The position numbers and the translations under genes are program-made. From Mytilus trossulus (taxonomy: Eukaryota): DNA of 64,000 bases. Below are positions 60,349 through 64,000 of the stretch, piece by piece. Position 1 is the first letter of the stretch. Every line of letters starts with the position of its first letter. Under the pieces are notes generated by a model. It ran no database searches and was not told the DNA's origin. It was given only the letters and a program-made list of their open reading frames with translations. The stretch is taken from positions 7,378,001 to 7,442,000 of the forward strand of contig NC_086373.1 of the NCBI RefSeq assembly GCF_036588685.1, read 5' to 3'.

Positions 60349-63300
60349 ATGGCGAAGAAAAAGCGAACACGTGCTGATGTTGAAAAGGAAGAAAAGGCTT
60401 CTCAGAAAGAAAATGATGTGCACTTACCCACCACAATATCTTCAGACGAACCACTGAAAAAAATTGTAATTTATTAGAAATTTCAAGTGTATTTGTTATG
60501 ATTTTTTTTACAAAAACATGATAGGCAATAATTTAATAATTTGAAACCATAAACATAGTATTTATGACTTCATGAGGGATAACCATTCAAATGAATGATT
60601 GTCAAATTCTGTATCTGTATTTCTCACTTCTAATTATTAGGATGGGTACATCACAGATTCCTTTTGGTTATTGTGTGACGCGTTCAAGTGGTCTGCGCAC
60701 AAGTTAGTTGAGTTTGCTTGGGACTTCCAATTAAATGCATCGGTTTTATTGATGAATCACATCGGTTTTAGTGATGTACACTATTGAGTTTGAATCTGGG
60801 TCCATTTGCGCCCATTCAAGTTGGCTCTTATTCATGTTCGCCCCCTCTCACTTTTGCACCCTACAGTCTTTAAAGTCAATCATATATGTACCTTGCACCA
60901 ATCCCATACACCTTTATAAGCCCATTTTTTATTGGTTTTGTGTTTGATAATTTGTAATCAAGTTTTGGTAAGTGTATTGGTACATACATATGTATATATA
61001 TTTTTTATCGTGGTTTAGAAACCACGATAAAAAATATATATATATGTAGCAATACACTTACCAAAACTTGATTATAAATTTAAAATGAAGTGAGATTCTG
61101 ACAAGGTTTTTTTTGGTGTCATGGTAAGTGTATTGCTATAAACATTTTTGGTATATACTTTAAAAAATATCTAATAATTCAACTGAAATTCAAATAAAAA
61201 TTTGGTGTGAATGTGAGAGAAAAAGGCCCCCATATATTGATATATGTAAATTCAAAACTGACCAATCAGTTTTCAGTAAATTTAAACTAAGTGCTCATTC
61301 CCTAGCAATTGAAAGAGGGCGTTATACCAACATTGAAAGAAGTAAACCCATTGGCTTATCCTGTAACAGACAAGAAATTAAGGATGAATACAATTTCTTC
61401 TCAATCTGTCCATGCTATACATTTTGTACATCTTTGAGAGATATACAAAATATTAATAAAAATCTTAGGCCTAAAAAAAAAAATGTTGTGTTTCCAGTCA
61501 CCCGACCGACCGTCCTTCAGATCCCTGACTCTAAGTTTTTACAGCTGATGTGGGAAAAAAAATAATTTGTATCCCTACCGACCGTTTTTTCTGAAAGAAA
61601 ATAAAAAATTCTAAGTCCCTCGATCTTTTTATCGCCCAAAAAGAAAACAACGCTAATTTTAAACTCGAGGCTTATTTTTAGAATGTACTGGAAAGTATAA
61701 TCTTCGTAGCTAATTATATATGCGGGAGCATGCGCAGTAGTTATTTTCGTTTGTCAGTGTTTGAACATGGCAACGCGTCCTATTCAATGTTCAACGGGAA
61801 AGTGTGACTATTTCGCGGATAAACAAATATTTCTAAATTTTACAGAAAGTAAAACCTTTTTTGACATAAGCAATGAAATTCATCCAATGTCTTACACACA
61901 AACCCGTAAACTCATTCAAGTAAGACAATACACCTGCACAATGTGACCTTTCACCTGGAAATATACTAGTTTCGTATACAAAAATTCCACTTCTTTCAGG
62001 TTTACACTTTCAGTATTAATGGTTACAATTTACAATTAAAAAATGTTAGGCTAGGTCTTGATTTATTTACGTTGATAAGTTAAGAGTGAAACACAAAAAG
62101 TCTGAATATGAAAATTTTTATACTTTTTAATCACACATATTCAAAATGGCACATCGTGGTTTACTTGTACTGTACACACGTGAATAACATTAAACGAAAT
62201 CGATCTTGGGAAGATTTCACTAGGTTTCTACTTTCATTGATATTCAGGATTCAGGTACACTGTTAAGATGCAATGACACAAATTTTACCAAATCCGAAAC
62301 AAAGCAGACATTGGATCACAGGCTGATTTTTATGCACATTACTAAGTCAACACTAGATTGTTTATTTTATTTAAAAATAATAACAAAGAGTAGTCAAGAA
62401 TACTTTTATTTCTAAATAATACAAAAAGTTGTCAAGAATACATTATAACATTGACAACACATGATGTTTCTGTTTACTTGGCCAAACCTCGTTCAACATC
62501 GTATCCCAACTCTGGAAAAAAAATGTTATGAAATCCTACAGTACTGCATAGTCTGCACCCCTTCCATCAATTTCATTCCCTGGGTAAAAAACTGCTGACT
62601 ACACACCCCTTTCTATGGTATACAGTAGAAACATGAAATATTCTTGAAAATTGTCAAATGGTCTTAAGCAATGAACAAAGTGTCCATGGAACCGAGGCAG
62701 CAAATTATGAAGCATAATATTATAAAAAAAAAAAAAAAAAAAAAAAAATCCCTATCTACCGTCCCTTCAAAATTTCAAGGGGGTGATCGGAAACACAACA
62801 TTATTTTTTTTAGGCCTTAATTTCAATTTTATTAAATTGCAGTCCACTATAACACTGAAGCTTTTGAATGCACTTTTAAATAGCAGTCTACCAGTCATTA
62901 TAAAAATCACCATAAAGTATATTAATGATTGTTTTTTATTGAGAACATCTGTATAACTTGTATTTCTTTTAATATGCAACCTAATTTTTGTTTGTGTTCT
63001 TTTTTTAATTGTTCATGAACATGAATAATGTATTGATATTTATAGTCTTTTTCTTCTTCGCTGTGAATATCACTGTCACTCTAATATAATTATAATGAAT
63101 TTAACTATTGTAAGTTTATTGTCTTAATTTTGTATGCCATAACCATTAAATGTAAATGTGTTTGTGCTAATAAAATATTGTCTATTGTCTATAAAATTAT
63201 GAAGATGTGGTACGATTTCCAATGAGATAACTCTGGCTGTTCAAATAAACCTATCTCTTTATAAACAAGATTTTGAAATTCATGTCAATTTTATCATCAT

Positions 63301-63588
63301 TTACCAATTATGATAACAGAATCATCATAATCTGGAGCTGTCAATTGCAGATTTCTGATGTTCAATCTTTTTCTTTTTTATATTCAAAATTTACCAATCG
63401 TTAAAGTCTGAAACCATAAAGCCACCATAACAGACCCATTGACAATTAGTAGATTATGATTTTTTCTTTCTTGCAGAAAAAATGGATCAACAAAGAGCGG
63501 GTTCTTGTATTTTCTTCTAGAGGTGTATCTTACAGAGCCAGACATTTGATGAAGGATTTGAGAACTTTAATGCCACACTCAAAAGCAG
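60349..63588 (+). CDS. BRIX1: Ribosome biogenesis protein BRX1 homolog, first two coding exons; continues beyond the right edge
   Basis: Exon 60349-60465 (MAKKKRTRADVEKEEKASQKENDVHLPTTISSDEPLKKI) and exon 63477-63588 (KKWINKERVLVFSSRGVSYRARHLMKDLRTLMPHSKA), the start of the Brix domain of BRX1. Confidence 0.93.
60949..61080. repeat. Long near-perfect inverted repeat (about 63-bp arms, 2-nt loop)
   Basis: AATTTGTAATCAAGTTTTGGTAAGTGTATTG...TTTTTATCGTGGTTT-AG-AAACCACGATAAAAA...CAATACACTTACCAAAACTTGATTATAAATT. Confidence 0.9.
61468..62816. mobile_element. Non-autonomous PIF/Harbinger- or Zator-like DNA transposon in BRIX1 intron 1
   Basis: TTA|GGCCTAAAAAAAAAAAATGTTGTGTTTCC ... GGAAACACAACATTATTTTTTTTAGGCC|TTA. 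Confidence 0.85.
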
Positions 63589-64000
63589 GTATTGTACACT
63601 TGTCTGTTATTTTAATACCTTTGTCATTGATGAACTTCTTATGCTATACTGTTTTGTTGTGTATCCAGCTATCGTGATTATTTTGTGCTCTAACACATTT
63701 TGTGAGCTTTGCTCCCAGTACCTTTAGATTTTAAGAATTTTGAAAAAAATAATTATTTTTGTTGACCAGCAAATCACCATTTTAGGTTTCCATTCGTAGA
63801 GAATGTACTATACAGATTATATATAATTTATCATGTGATAGAAGGTTATTTTTCTCAATGTAACATTTTTAATAGAAAGAATATAAATACTCAAATTAGT
63901 ATTTGCCATTTCACAGCACCCAGAGTAAAAGTAATCATTACAATCAATTTTTTCAAACATAATATGAAAAGAAGTAAAAAATTGTTGAAACCAAACTAAA

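Overview
AT-rich, intron-containing animal genomic DNA. The repeat families and gene sequences suggest a bivalve mollusc, probably a Mytilus-like mussel (inference). I reconstructed six spliced protein-coding genes by hand from GT-AG exons. In order: VPS28 (-, runs off the left edge), a CIB1/4-type calcium- and integrin-binding protein (+), CIMIP2C/FAM166C (+), MMACHC/cblC (-), PAIP1 (-) and BRIX1 (+, runs off the right edge). VPS28/CIB and PAIP1/BRIX1 are head-to-head pairs about 400-460 bp apart. Introns and intergenic DNA are packed with non-autonomous transposons, often nested: Helentron/HINE-like elements with internal tandem arrays, TTAA-, TNA-, 5-, 8- and 9-bp-TSD DNA elements, a tRNA-headed Nin/Deu-type SINE and LINE fragments. 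There are no prokaryotic systems, CRISPR arrays or true tRNA/rRNA genes. I found no clearly novel multi-gene system. The most unusual observations are an 8-copy tandem array of the CIB exon-5 splice donor, a PAIP1 with two PAM2 motifs (one on a skippable in-frame exon flanked by hairpin elements and a candidate poison exon), and CIB-CIMIP2C adjacency mirroring human CIB4-CIMIP2C. Most ORFs in the supplied track are spurious.
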